Shown piece by piece: positions 37,414-47,160 of a stretch of 64,000 nt of DNA; within the stretch, counting starts at the first letter, position 1; every line of letters starts with the position of its first letter. This DNA comes from a virus (lineage: Duplodnaviria; Heunggongvirae; Uroviricota; Caudoviricetes). The position numbers and the translations under genes were made by a program. The stretch lies in the IMG/VR virus record IMGVR_UViG_3300042946_001496, one strand, 5' to 3'. A model generated the notes under the pieces. The model was not told the DNA's origin, ran no database searches, and saw only the letters and a program-made list of their open reading frames with translations.

Positions 37414-38738
37414 ATTTCCACAAACTTTATCAATTAATTAATGAAAATACAATAAGCCAAGAACTTAAAAAGTTTGACAAAGTAATACTAAAAACTGCAG
37501 TAGACATGGCAGACAAAAAAATGAGTACACAGTTCCCAAGTCTAAACGTAAATTCAAAAAACATTTTTATAAAATGGTTTTTATTCGTAGCACTAAAAAA
37601 TCTAAACTTGGATAAAGATTCACGACATCTGACCGATCAAGAGATCGATCGACTTGATCTAATCGGTCCTTGGATAGAAGAACTAAGAGGCGAATTTGGA
37701 GATTTTATTGCACATAACATTGATGATGATGGCAATTTAAGTGCCCAACTTGCAAGTAAATTTAATAACCCAGCGTTTAAAATAGATGATTTACGTATTT
37801 TAGACCGTAAATATCATGAAGCCTTAGCTAAAGGTGCCATCGTAAAACAAGGAGCAAAAGGAAAACCAATATTAACTTTTAATGATGGTTATAGCTGGGT
37901 AGATCTTGAAAAAGGATATTGTGAAAAAGAAGGCAGAAGCATGGGTCACTGTGGTAATGTTAATACTCAACCGGGTGATAGCATTCTTAGTCTTAGAGAT
38001 AGAAAAAATATACCGCATCTTACATTTATTTTTAACAATGGTTATTTAGGAGAAATGAAAGGCAAAGGCAACAGTAAGCCCTCTCAATCTTATCACAAGT
38101 ATATTGTTGAATTGCTTAAACTTCCAATAATTAAAAATATAATTGATGGAAGATATTTAACTGAAAATGATTTTAAGCTAAGTGATTTAACTGATGAGCA
38201 AAGAGAAGAAATTTTTAATGTTAATCCTAAGTTTAAAACTAGATATATGGTTGAAAAATTAAAAGAAAACCAAAATCTTTCAAAAGAAGAGTTTAATGAA
38301 CTTGAAAGTTTTGCCTTATCCAGAACCGGGGCTTCTTTTTCAGAAAGACAAAAAGTAAAAGCAAGTTTGGCAAAAAATACTAACACTCCTGGTGAGGTTT
38401 TAACTGCTTTGTTTAATCAATCAAAAGAAGATAATTTTGATGGTGATGACAGAATGATACTGCAGTATATTGCTGGAAATCCTAACACTCCGACAAAGGT
38501 TTTAAAAGGATTGGCAGAACTTAACAGTATTCGAATCAGATCAGAATTAGCAAAAAATGACAACACACCTTTAGAAGCTTTAGAAATTCTTGCAAATGAT
38601 GTTTTTGCTAGCATAAGAATGTATGCTGCTATGAATGCCAATGTTTCAAAAGAACTTTTAATAAAATTAAGCAAAGATAAAGAACCGGATGTAAAAAACA
38701 CAGCATTGGCATACATAAAAGAGCGTGGATTCAATTAG
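37410..38738 (+). CDS. PcfJ-like domain protein with C-terminal leucine-rich-repeat-variant (LRV)-type repeats
   Basis: MNFHKLYQL leader; GRSMGHCGNV...ILSLRDRKNIPHLTFIF core; repeats LAKNTNTPGEVL / AGNPNTPTKVL / LAKNDNTPLEAL. Confidence 0.55.
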   Translation: MNFHKLYQLINENTISQELKKFDKVILKTAVDMADKKMSTQFPSLNVNSKNIFIKWFLFVALKNLNLDKDSRHLTDQEIDRLDLIGPWIEELRGEFGDFIAHNIDDDGNLSAQLASKFNNPAFKIDDLRILDRKYHEALAKGAIVKQGAKGKPILTFNDGYSWVDLEKGYCEKEGRSMGHCGNVNTQPGDSILSLRDRKNIPHLTFIFNNGYLGEMKGKGNSKPSQSYHKYIVELLKLPIIKNIIDGRYLTENDFKLSDLTDEQREEIFNVNPKFKTRYMVEKLKENQNLSKEEFNELESFALSRTGASFSERQKVKASLAKNTNTPGEVLTALFNQSKEDNFDGDDRMILQYIAGNPNTPTKVLKGLAELNSIRIRSELAKNDNTPLEALEILANDVFASIRMYAAMNANVSKELLIKLSKDKEPDVKNTALAYIKERGFN

Positions 38739-39174
38739 ACTTAGGCTTTAAACCTATTTTGCAAAGAATCTTGAAACCATCATGACCAATTGCTCCATAA
38801 TTATATTCTTTGCCTCTATACTCAAAAGTAACGTGATTTCTAAATTCTTCGCCCATCCTAATTACGAAGTTTGCAATTCCTGATTGAACTTTTGGAGGTT
38901 GAACTTTTGCCATCCATGGAGCATTTTTACTTGCCCAATATCTTTGAAATTTATTTACAACTGATCTAATTTCATCTGGGCTAATGGGTTCATAGCCAAA
39001 TTTTTCTGCGAGACTGGCTGCGATTTCATAACAATTATGATCTGCTTGGTTCCAAGCATTTGGACCTTTTATTAAATTTTGGCTAGCGGCTAACTCTGAG
39101 CCTAGTCTGTTTACATGCGGTTTTCTTTCATAACCAACACTTGAAAAATCTTCTAGCCACTGCTTAAACTTCAT
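38731..39174 (-). CDS. hypothetical protein with MKFKQWL leader
   Basis: Minus-strand ORF. Confidence 0.5.
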   Translation of the reverse strand: MKFKQWLEDFSSVGYERKPHVNRLGSELAASQNLIKGPNAWNQADHNCYEIAASLAEKFGYEPISPDEIRSVVNKFQRYWASKNAPWMAKVQPPKVQSGIANFVIRMGEEFRNHVTFEYRGKEYNYGAIGHDGFKILCKIGLKPKSN

Positions 39175-39235
39175 AATAAATATATACTATTTAAATATAT
39201 AAAATATCGTGAGTTTTTACAAATTACGGATATCA

Positions 39236-41341
39236 ATGTTAAACTTTAAACAATATATTAACGAAATTAGACAAAAAGATCTTGAAAATATAGATTTAAA
39301 CAGGAACTTATTGTTTAACAATATATTTGGAGATAAGTTAAGAGTATTAATTCCTTTAGGAGAAGATCTAGAAACCAGGGAGTTTATGGATGAGCTAGAA
39401 GACCTGGGTTATATAGTAAACTACAGTGATTTGATTCATAAAAAAATAATATACAAAAAAATAAAAACAAAAGAAGGAACAAAAGAAAGAGCTGAAAAAG
39501 TAGGAAAAGTTCTACAAAATGAAATTAAAAAATTATCATCACAGTCGCAATTAGACGTTGTGAGCAGAGATAATGTACCCCCAGAATCGTGGCAAGAATA
39601 TATTAAAAAATACACCAAAATGTTAGATTGGTGGCAAAAAAATAGTGAAAATTTAAAAAATAGTGACAGTGGCTCAAGCGTAATAATAAGCAGAAGTCCT
39701 ATCGATCTTGTTAGAATGAGTGATCATGACAATATATCAAGTTGCCATAGTCCTGATGGCAGTTATTTTAAATGTGCCAAACAAGAAGCTAAAACTGGTG
39801 GTGCTGTTGCTTATGTCGTTAAGAACAGTGATTTAAAAGACGTCGATATACAAAAGCCAGAATTGTTTGAAGACGAAGAAAGAAAAATAGAAGGAATAGT
39901 TCCTCTTGAAAGACTTAGACTAAGAAGATTCTCTAAAGGAGAGATAGATTTATTGGTTCCGGAAATAAAAACTTATGGAACATCAAATATCGGATTTTAC
40001 GGCAAAGTTAAACAATGGGCTAAAGATTCTCAAAAAGATACTTTAGAAAAGTTAGATCCAGAAAAAGATTATGAAAATTTTGATTTAAAAGGAGGAAGCT
40101 ATCAGGATAGTCCAGCAGAAAAAATTTGGAGTAATTTTTTTGACAATAGCGTTAAAGGACATAAAACAAGTTTAGACGATGAAGATGAGAATGAAGGTGA
40201 AAATACTGCGGATGATATTTATAATGCGGCTGAAGCTCAAATAAGACAACATCAAAGAGTTTGGAAGCACTTTAGTGTTCATCACGACATATATGATAAT
40301 GAAAACAATGTTTTAGACTATACCGCTTATTGTAGCATTTCTATTCCTAGAAAACTATTTACATTAGAATTTTCAGATGAATGGAATGATAAAAATTATA
40401 GAGAAATAAAAAACGTAATAGAAAGCAATATTGATATTTATAGTATTTCCGATATAAGTCTTAATGACGAAGATGATAAAAACTATCACTTTAATATATC
40501 AGTTCAGAATGAAGATCCCTATCATCAAAACAATCAACTAGTCAGGTTGGAGCACTTCTTGGATTACATTGATGACATAGACGGAAACTTTGACACACAC
40601 GTTTCAAAAGTTTATAGAGGGTTAATCAACAAAGGTTATATTAAATCTGTTGGTGGTAAACTAACGTTTAAAAACTTTACAATAGAAGAAGATGATTATG
40701 AAGGAACAACAATAAAAAGTGTAGAAGAAAAAATAGCATACTTAAAAGACTTTCCTGTAATTGAAAATATTGGTGGAAATTATAGAGACAAGCAAATGTT
40801 TACAAGTAAACAAAAAATATACATAAATGATTTTAGAAACAAACTTATAAACTCCGCTGAATTTAAAAGTCTTAAAATATTTCCTTTTAATTTAAATCAA
40901 AATGAAATAAATTTTTATTTAATAGAAGGAATAACCAAGATTGATAGAACAAAAGAGCCAGCATTTTCAGGAAGTTATAGCGATCCTGATAATTTTGATC
41001 CTATTGCTCCTAAAATAACAAAGCTTACTGGATGGGTTTATTTTGAATTAGAAAAAACAATTGGATTTGATATAACCTCAAACACAAAAACAATACAGTT
41101 CTTAAAAAATATTGATAATAATTGGGACTTTTATATTAAAAAATTAAATAAATTTTTTGAATCATTTTTAAAAATGAAATATAGTCCAATTGATCAATGG
41201 GACAACTCCATGGATAAACCTCGATCCCCGAAGCCAGAAGACCATATTAATTTTAACAAAAAAATCTTCCCTCAAAAACCAGTAGTCAAAAAATCAGAAA
41301 AACAACTAACATTCAAAGATTTCGTCAATAAAAAGCGATAA
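39236..41341 (+). CDS. large hypothetical protein (about 700 aa) with MLNFKQYI leader and a weak PcfJ-like core
   Basis: NISSCHSPDGSYFKC..GGAVAYVV; start chosen at the leader Met (the ORF track starts 27 nt upstream). Confidence 0.5.
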   Translation: MLNFKQYINEIRQKDLENIDLNRNLLFNNIFGDKLRVLIPLGEDLETREFMDELEDLGYIVNYSDLIHKKIIYKKIKTKEGTKERAEKVGKVLQNEIKKLSSQSQLDVVSRDNVPPESWQEYIKKYTKMLDWWQKNSENLKNSDSGSSVIISRSPIDLVRMSDHDNISSCHSPDGSYFKCAKQEAKTGGAVAYVVKNSDLKDVDIQKPELFEDEERKIEGIVPLERLRLRRFSKGEIDLLVPEIKTYGTSNIGFYGKVKQWAKDSQKDTLEKLDPEKDYENFDLKGGSYQDSPAEKIWSNFFDNSVKGHKTSLDDEDENEGENTADDIYNAAEAQIRQHQRVWKHFSVHHDIYDNENNVLDYTAYCSISIPRKLFTLEFSDEWNDKNYREIKNVIESNIDIYSISDISLNDEDDKNYHFNISVQNEDPYHQNNQLVRLEHFLDYIDDIDGNFDTHVSKVYRGLINKGYIKSVGGKLTFKNFTIEEDDYEGTTIKSVEEKIAYLKDFPVIENIGGNYRDKQMFTSKQKIYINDFRNKLINSAEFKSLKIFPFNLNQNEINFYLIEGITKIDRTKEPAFSGSYSDPDNFDPIAPKITKLTGWVYFELEKTIGFDITSNTKTIQFLKNIDNNWDFYIKKLNKFFESFLKMKYSPIDQWDNSMDKPRSPKPEDHINFNKKIFPQKPVVKKSEKQLTFKDFVNKKR

Positions 41342-41349
41342 ATTTAAAG

Positions 41350-41381
41350 TTTCTTTCTGGTACGCTGGGATGTTGACGGTC
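41350..41381 (+). promoter_or_regulatory. conserved GGTACGCTGGG promoter-like motif
   Basis: tttctttctggtacgctgggatgttgacggtc. Confidence 0.5.
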
Positions 41382-41471
41382 AAAGTCTGTCAAAGGACTT
41401 GATTTCTGTTTGGCTTGTTGTTATACTCAACCTGTGTCATGTTTGTGTGGCACTTATTTAAGGAGAATTGT

Positions 41472-41765
41472 ATGAAGAGTGTAATGTTTGCATGGATGGT
41501 TCTGATTGCTGGTGTTTGTTATGGTGGTCAGGAGGCTAGCGTTGTTGTTAGCCCAACTCCTGCTCCTGCTGTAGTTGTTGCTCCTGCTCCTGTTGTTGTG
41601 ACCGCAACCCCTGTTGTTGTTGGTTGTAATGGCGGTTGTTGCAGTGGTAAGTGCGACCCTGTTTACACCACAAAGACTGATGAGCGATCCAGTTGCCGTC
41701 GTACAGTTTTTGGCAAGGTAGTTCGCCGTGATGTTAGGCGAACTGTTGTTGCCCCTGTTCGCTGA
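41472..41765 (+). CDS. secreted small Pro/Val/Ala- and Cys-rich protein
   Basis: AAGGAG RBS; signal peptide MKSVMFAWMVLIAGVCYG; PAPAVVVAPAPVVV; CNGGCCSGKC; GC-rich codons; terminator follows. Confidence 0.55.
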   Translation: MKSVMFAWMVLIAGVCYGGQEASVVVSPTPAPAVVVAPAPVVVTATPVVVGCNGGCCSGKCDPVYTTKTDERSSCRRTVFGKVVRRDVRRTVVAPVR

Positions 41766-41785
41766 AAAACTAACTAATTAGTTTA

Positions 41786-41832
41786 GCCAAGCCCCCTTAA
41801 TCTTTATTGGTTAAGGGGGCTTGGTTTTTTAT
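41786..41832 (+). terminator. rho-independent terminator
   Basis: gccaagccccctta..taagggggcttgg hairpin followed by a T6 run. Confidence 0.8.
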
Positions 41833-42039
41833 TCAGTCTTTTTTCACGCTATGAAGTTTTAAATTACTCCAAGCTACTACTAAGCTATAATTCTCTACCA
41901 GCACGTTATCTACAAGTGCTATTTGAGCAATAACGTTTATCTTTGAATCTTTGTGGCTTATAACTTCCACAATGGTTCCTTCTGGTACATAGAAATCTTC
42001 GCCTACAGCAGATGCTTTCAATGTGCATAAAAGTTTCAT
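41833..42039 (-). CDS. hypothetical small protein
   Basis: Minus-strand ORF between plus-strand cassettes. Confidence 0.35.
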   Translation of the reverse strand: MKLLCTLKASAVGEDFYVPEGTIVEVISHKDSKINVIAQIALVDNVLVENYSLVVAWSNLKLHSVKKD

Positions 42040-42096
42040 ACATTTAAATTAGTTAAAATTTTAACTTTCCAAAACAAACTTCCTAACTAATACCCG

Positions 42097-42124
42097 TAGT
42101 GGTGGTACGCTGGGAGGGTGTCCG
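42097..42124 (+). promoter_or_regulatory. conserved GGTGGTACGCTGGGAGGGTGTC promoter-like motif
   Basis: Best match to the motif consensus. Confidence 0.5.
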
Positions 42125-42163
42125 ACAAAGATACTCTGTAATTCTGGAAAAGGTGGTTTTCTT

Positions 42164-42379
42164 ATGGCTACGGTAATTACCGGCGACAATATCCAACGAT
42201 TTCGACTTCAAGTAATCAAGCAAGCTCTTTACCTTGAAACTAGGGGTATGCGATCTTCAAGGGTTAGTGCCGCTGCTACTGCTAGGGATATTCTGGTTAA
42301 GGTTGGCATCAAGGCGGCTCATAACAAGGCTGCTCTTCTTGTTCAGTTTACCGATTACATCAACAATCTGGAGGGTTAA
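42164..42379 (+). CDS. small GC-rich-codon protein
   Basis: MATVITGDNIQRFRLQVIKQALYLETRG.. Confidence 0.5.
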   Translation: MATVITGDNIQRFRLQVIKQALYLETRGMRSSRVSAAATARDILVKVGIKAAHNKAALLVQFTDYINNLEG

Positions 42380-42382
42380 ATT

Positions 42383-42766
42383 ATGTGGAACTTTAGTGAA
42401 ATTACTCGTAGTGAAGATCGTGCTAAGTTGAGCCTCACTATGAAGTTTAGCCACAGCAATCCTACCGCTGTAGCTGGTGGTGTTTGGACAATTAAGTATA
42501 AGCTCCGTAACCGTCAGGGCAAGTTGACTAATTTGTTCAGCATTAGTGCTCCCGATAGGCTTAAGCCTCGTCGTGAGCATCGTCTTGATGATGTGATGGA
42601 TACTGTTAAGTTCGCTGCATTTCACGATCGCAATAACACTACTGGTCTGCTTGGGTTTAAGACCTTTAAGGTCCGGCTTCGTGAAATTGTTGGTGTTGAT
42701 CTTGCTAATCAAGTTGCTACTATGTTTGCTGAACGTATTAAGAGTGAAATTACCGTCAAAAGTTGA
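42383..42766 (+). CDS. hypothetical protein (GC-rich codons)
   Basis: ORF. Confidence 0.5.
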   Translation: MWNFSEITRSEDRAKLSLTMKFSHSNPTAVAGGVWTIKYKLRNRQGKLTNLFSISAPDRLKPRREHRLDDVMDTVKFAAFHDRNNTTGLLGFKTFKVRLREIVGVDLANQVATMFAERIKSEITVKS

Positions 42767-42777
42767 AAGGAATTACT

Positions 42778-43068
42778 ATGGACGACATTACTCGAAGAGA
42801 AGCGTTGCTTAGGCTTAAGAGAACTCTTACCAAGCAACAAATTGAAGATTTGCAAATTGTAATTAATAGTAAGAAAGCCGCAGGAGATTATACTGGAGTA
42901 GATGATGACGGCGGAAGTTTTTGGGAAGAAAGTATAAGTTCAACTCTTGCGTCTCTTGCTGCTGAACTTAATTTTGATAATGATGCTTTTGATGTTCAAA
43001 ATGAAGATGAAGATGATGATGAAGATGATGAATCTTGGGGATCAGAAGCCTGCTATGAAGGAGAATAA
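42778..43068 (+). CDS. acidic hypothetical protein
   Basis: AAGGA RBS; ATG chosen over the ORF-track TTG; poly-Asp/Glu C-terminus. Confidence 0.5.
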   Translation: MDDITRREALLRLKRTLTKQQIEDLQIVINSKKAAGDYTGVDDDGGSFWEESISSTLASLAAELNFDNDAFDVQNEDEDDDEDDESWGSEACYEGE

Positions 43069-43070
43069 AT

Positions 43071-43331
43071 ATGCACACTCTTCGATTTAGTGCTTATTGT
43101 GGTATGGGTTGGAGTATTAAGTCTGGAACTCTTGATGAATGTAGAGTTGCTGCTGCTAAAATCCTGCGTAAGCGTAAGCGTGAAGGACACAATATTGTTA
43201 AATTGAAAGAAAACAAATGGGAGTGTCAGGAACCTGAAAATTGTATGATGGTTCCAGATACAGCAGGGGTTCTTGTTTTGGAAAACAACAATAAGGATGA
43301 TGATTATGAAGAAGAGTATAACGAAGAATAA
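43071..43331 (+). CDS. hypothetical protein
   Basis: ORF. Confidence 0.5.
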   Translation: MHTLRFSAYCGMGWSIKSGTLDECRVAAAKILRKRKREGHNIVKLKENKWECQEPENCMMVPDTAGVLVLENNNKDDDYEEEYNEE

Positions 43332-43632
43332 TCTTCTTGATACTTTCGTAGAAGTTGAAAGTATTTTTATTATTGGGCGAAGATGGTTTGAAAAAACCAA
43401 TGGAAATACTTATCATACATCCGAGATTTATGTGAATAATAATTTTGTTCACAAAATCAGCATGACCTATGGTTATGGACAACAATACTTGTGGACTGCT
43501 CTTAATTGGCTTAAGAACAATAAGTATTTAAGTTCAATCTCTGAAAAAGATAACCCTTCAATTTTTTGTCGAGAAAACAACATTAAGTTAAATCACACTG
43601 TTGCTGATGTTGGTAGAAAAAAAGATTTGTAA
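43306..43632 (+). CDS. hypothetical protein with NNLLDTF motif
   Basis: MKKSITKNNLLDTFVEVE. Confidence 0.4.
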   Translation: MKKSITKNNLLDTFVEVESIFIIGRRWFEKTNGNTYHTSEIYVNNNFVHKISMTYGYGQQYLWTALNWLKNNKYLSSISEKDNPSIFCRENNIKLNHTVADVGRKKDL

Positions 43633-43677
43633 TCACTAGATTTTACTTTCTTATCAAAAACTTACTTACCAACGCGG

Positions 43678-43705
43678 GTTGGTGGTACGCTAGGGTGGTG
43701 TCGGG
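43678..43705 (+). promoter_or_regulatory. conserved GGTGGTACGCTAGGGTGGTGTCGGG promoter-like motif
   Basis: 46 nt upstream of the HTH gene. Confidence 0.5.
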
Positions 43706-43750
43706 TTGATACGGTTCAGAAAATCCTATAACACTGAAAGGTGGGTTTTT

Positions 43751-44059
43751 ATGGCTGGTCGTAAGGAGGGTCAAAAGGCTGTTGATCTTCGTAAGTTCCT
43801 CACTACTCTTGTTGAGGTTCACAACGAGGGCGGCACGCTTAAGATGGTTGCTGATGCTCTTGGTATTAGTTCGGCTGCGGTCAGTAGCCGAGTTAGCACT
43901 CTTCGCAAGAAGGGTGTTAAGCTGCCTGAGTTTCAGCGTGGACGTTCGGCAAACATTGCCGATGAGGCTACTAACATCCTTGATGAGCTGGGTTTTGCCG
44001 GCGATGAGGATGAGGATGAGGATTCCGATGAGGATGAGGATTCCGATGAGGATGAGTGA
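43751..44059 (+). CDS. small HTH DNA-binding protein (sigma-region-4-like paralog family)
   Basis: LRKFLTTLVEVHNEGGTLKMVADALGISSAAVSSRVSTLRKKGVKLPEF..ATNILDELG plus a poly-DE tail; close paralog of the 21110 gene. Confidence 0.65.
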   Translation: MAGRKEGQKAVDLRKFLTTLVEVHNEGGTLKMVADALGISSAAVSSRVSTLRKKGVKLPEFQRGRSANIADEATNILDELGFAGDEDEDEDSDEDEDSDEDE

Positions 44060-44085
44060 TCGTTAAGATCAACCCTCAAAAAAAC

Positions 44086-44125
44086 TGCCCACCCGCTTGA
44101 AATATAGCGGGTGGGCTTTTTTTTT
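44086..44125 (+). terminator. rho-independent terminator
   Basis: gcccacccgc..gcgggtgggc hairpin followed by a T9 run. Confidence 0.85.
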
Positions 44126-44173
44126 GTTGAATTGTTGATTCTTGTTTTTAATTATGATATACTAAATATCATA

Positions 44174-44386
44174 ATGATTAAACAAGAAATTTACAAATAC
44201 GCTTACAATGTTTTTAATTATTGGCAAATGGAATATGATAACCACATTGGCGATGAATTTGAAGATTTAATTAACAATCACGTATTGAGCATGATTGTTA
44301 ATGATTGCTATAAACTAAAAATAAAACCTTGCAACTGCTGTGTTGTGATTCACAATACATTTTTTAATTTTAAAGAAGAAGATTAA
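44174..44386 (+). CDS. hypothetical protein
   Basis: ORF; no clear RBS. Confidence 0.3.
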   Translation: MIKQEIYKYAYNVFNYWQMEYDNHIGDEFEDLINNHVLSMIVNDCYKLKIKPCNCCVVIHNTFFNFKEED

Positions 44387-44478
44387 CTAAAAATGAAAAA
44401 TCAATTTGAAACCGACAAAAGTTATTATACAGGGGGTTTGTCGGTTATCAGTCTGCATAATCTTAAAAAGGAGATGAC

Positions 44479-44673
44479 ATGGTTGAAAATTACACCATCA
44501 ACAGATTGTGGAACGAATGGCTAGATAAAAAACAACCTGTTGTTAATATAGGGGATAAATCTGTATCTAACAGGGAAAGATACGAGGATATAACTCAATT
44601 CATGGAACTTGCTTTCTATGCGGGATTTGAAGCAAAGTTAAAATATACAACAGAAGAAAATTTACAAAAATAA
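44479..44673 (+). CDS. hypothetical protein
   Basis: AAGGAG RBS. Confidence 0.45.
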   Translation: MVENYTINRLWNEWLDKKQPVVNIGDKSVSNRERYEDITQFMELAFYAGFEAKLKYTTEENLQK

Positions 44674-44689
44674 TTTAATCTACCCACCG

Positions 44690-44714
44690 TTCTGGTGGTA
44701 CGCTATTTCCCCGG
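44690..44714 (+). promoter_or_regulatory. conserved GGTGGTACGCT promoter-like motif (3' half divergent)
   Basis: ttctggtggtacgctatttccccgg. Confidence 0.45.
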
Positions 44715-44745
44715 AGCGACAATTTCCTCTTTAAAGGGTGAATCA

Positions 44746-45003
44746 ATGGAGTTTAGTTGCACGGCAAGAATTGCGATTGAAAGTCGTAAGAAGACCATTG
44801 TTGAGGAAATCAATAAACTCAAGGAAAAAATTGATAAGTTTGATATTGAAAAGCCCGAGCTTAGTATGATTTCGATTAACATGAGTATTGAAAATATCAA
44901 TCGTCTGTCAATCGCAATCTCTACTATCGAAAGCATGGATTGTATTCAAACTGAGTTTAGCAAAAATCCTATTTATCGATATGCTACTGTTGATGCAAAC
45001 TGA
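44746..45003 (+). CDS. hypothetical protein
   Basis: Downstream of the conserved motif. Confidence 0.5.
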   Translation: MEFSCTARIAIESRKKTIVEEINKLKEKIDKFDIEKPELSMISINMSIENINRLSIAISTIESMDCIQTEFSKNPIYRYATVDAN

Positions 45004-45038
45004 TTTTTAAACTCCATTTAACTTTGGAAAGGATTCCA

Positions 45039-45182
45039 ATGAACAACAAGTTTTGGAACGAATTAATTCGTAGTTTGTTTCTTATTCGTCTAGGGCAGGA
45101 GTTAGGAACAAATAGTCATCTTAGCCAAATCATTGCAAATAGCATTGATTTGTTTGTCAATCAATTTAGCAAAGTTTTTTGA
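45039..45182 (+). CDS. small hypothetical protein (47 aa)
   Basis: AAAGGA RBS. Confidence 0.35.
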   Translation: MNNKFWNELIRSLFLIRLGQELGTNSHLSQIIANSIDLFVNQFSKVF

Positions 45183-45208
45183 AATAAATAAACATAGGAT
45201 AAAATATC

Positions 45209-45748
45209 ATGCAGACTGTTGAAAATCTTCGTAAGAGTGGCTGGAAGGTTCGGGTTCTTCATTACCGTAATGATGAAAGTTGTGAAGGGAAAGTAAAGTC
45301 TTCACACTCGAAGGAATATAAGATCAATCCTAAGGGCGGTAAGACTGTGGTTATTCTTGATAGTCCTTTTGGGGAGCATTTTGAAGGTCTTGCAATCTGC
45401 AACGCTGGTGATCTTTACAACAAAAAGATTGGTGTTAAGATTGCTATTGGTCGAGCACTTTTCTCTAAAGATGAAGGGTCTATTGAGAATATTCATGATA
45501 AGTGGCAACGAAAAATTATCGAAAATTTCAAACTTCACCGTAAAGAAGTTCTTGAAACTTTTTGTGAAATTGCTGGCAAGTTGGCGATCTTGAAAGGAAA
45601 AATTGCCAACTTGCCCGTTTCTGTAGAAGTGTGTAATGAACTTAGGGAAATAATCAATGATTGCCAAGAGATTATGGCAATTAAAGCAGATGTTGCTCCG
45701 ATAAGGTTGATTTCGGGGGAGTTTCTCAAAAATCCAAAGGCTGATTAA
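45209..45748 (+). CDS. hypothetical protein (GC-richer codons)
   Basis: ORF; the overlapping minus-strand ORF is rejected. Confidence 0.5.
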   Translation: MQTVENLRKSGWKVRVLHYRNDESCEGKVKSSHSKEYKINPKGGKTVVILDSPFGEHFEGLAICNAGDLYNKKIGVKIAIGRALFSKDEGSIENIHDKWQRKIIENFKLHRKEVLETFCEIAGKLAILKGKIANLPVSVEVCNELREIINDCQEIMAIKADVAPIRLISGEFLKNPKAD

Positions 45749-46189
45749 ATGAAAATCACCTTTCACGCTAAAAAGCGTTTATCTGAAAGATTTCCTAAAG
45801 TAAAAGAAAAAGTTGAATCGTTAATCAACAAATCTATTCCGTTTGGTGAAGGAGAAAAAGAAAAATTTCTTTTGAATCAAGAGTATGATATTGTTTTTGT
45901 AGTATGTAAGGTTGGTAAAAGCGATCAGTTAAGAACTGTTTTGACCAAAGATCAACACTTTTCTCAAAACCCTAAAAAAATAACTAAACCATCGCTATCT
46001 GATATTGAAATTAAATTAATTGCAAAAGAGTTTTGTGAAAACTGCGACTTTTCTTGTCCAAACAAGAAAAAAAGAAAAGAGTTTACAAAAACGATAATTG
46101 AAAAAGGCATCAACCCAGAAAAAATTAATCAATTTTGGAACTGTGTAATGAAAATGATTTATCAACATCACAATAAAACTGGAGGTTAA
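45749..46189 (+). CDS. hypothetical protein
   Basis: ORF. Confidence 0.5.
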   Translation: MKITFHAKKRLSERFPKVKEKVESLINKSIPFGEGEKEKFLLNQEYDIVFVVCKVGKSDQLRTVLTKDQHFSQNPKKITKPSLSDIEIKLIAKEFCENCDFSCPNKKKRKEFTKTIIEKGINPEKINQFWNCVMKMIYQHHNKTGG

Positions 46190-46195
46190 ATAATC

Positions 46196-46564
46196 ATGTT
46201 CACCAGCTACAGTCAATATGAAGAGTGGTATAACGAAGCCAAGAAAAGATTTCCTAAGATTCGCAAGAAGACAGTAAAAGAAGTTGAATTTGAAAATTAC
46301 CATGATCTTGTGGAGTATTATCTTGTTAGTGAATACTGCACCCTTCCTTTTAGTGAAATTTTCTATGGTAATGTTTCAATAGAAGATTTTCAAAATGAAA
46401 TTATGACCCCTGCTGAATCTAAGGGTTATATGATTCAGGACCAAACTTATGGGATGATTAAAATTGGTTTTGAAGGAAAAATTAGCGTTCCTGAAACTGC
46501 TGCTAACATACATGCTTATTTGAAGCAAGTAAAAGCAGTAAAAAATAATGAAGAGATTGAATAA
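46196..46564 (+). CDS. hypothetical protein
   Basis: ORF. Confidence 0.5.
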   Translation: MFTSYSQYEEWYNEAKKRFPKIRKKTVKEVEFENYHDLVEYYLVSEYCTLPFSEIFYGNVSIEDFQNEIMTPAESKGYMIQDQTYGMIKIGFEGKISVPETAANIHAYLKQVKAVKNNEEIE

Positions 46565-46596
46565 ATAATAGAAGAACAAGAATTAAAAAAGATTGA

Positions 46597-46995
46597 TTGA
46601 AGGTATGCCCAGAAGTAACGAATGCTTCTAAAGATAGGATGAACGTGCCTTATCCTTCAATCAAATATAACATAGATTTACCTAGGATTTTTAAGGAAAG
46701 CACAATGCAAACACAAGTATGTATGCAAAAGCGTGTTTCAGTTGAATCAAATAAATGGACGCCTGTTAATGAAGCAGTTCCACAAAATAATGGCATTGAA
46801 TATTTTGTCACAGTCTGCAATCAACGAGGTGATAAAAACATTCGTTGGGTTTCCGAAGCTAAGTATCTACAAAATGATTATTGGCATTGGAGAATGAATT
46901 ATGAGGATGGAGAAGAAAGATTTCCAGAACAAGATGGGTGGAAAGTAATTGCTTGGATGCCAAAACCTTTATATCCTGAGCCGTATAGGGGTTGA
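46597..46995 (+). CDS. DUF551-domain protein
   Basis: KWTPVNEAVPQNNG ... GWKVIAWMPKPLYPEP matches the DUF551 W..V...LP / HWMPLPEPP signature. Confidence 0.6.
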   Translation: MKVCPEVTNASKDRMNVPYPSIKYNIDLPRIFKESTMQTQVCMQKRVSVESNKWTPVNEAVPQNNGIEYFVTVCNQRGDKNIRWVSEAKYLQNDYWHWRMNYEDGEERFPEQDGWKVIAWMPKPLYPEPYRG

Positions 46996-47160
46996 CTTTT
47001 TGGAAAAAGCTTTTATAAACACATAAAACAGGACAAAGCATCTTGGATAAAGAATATCGTTATATCGACAGCAAAAAGTTTAGGTGGTTCGGTAAAGACC
47101 AATTTTTCAAACATTTTAAGAAACTTGCAACCCGAATGGGTAGACGTAAAGGAAAAAATC

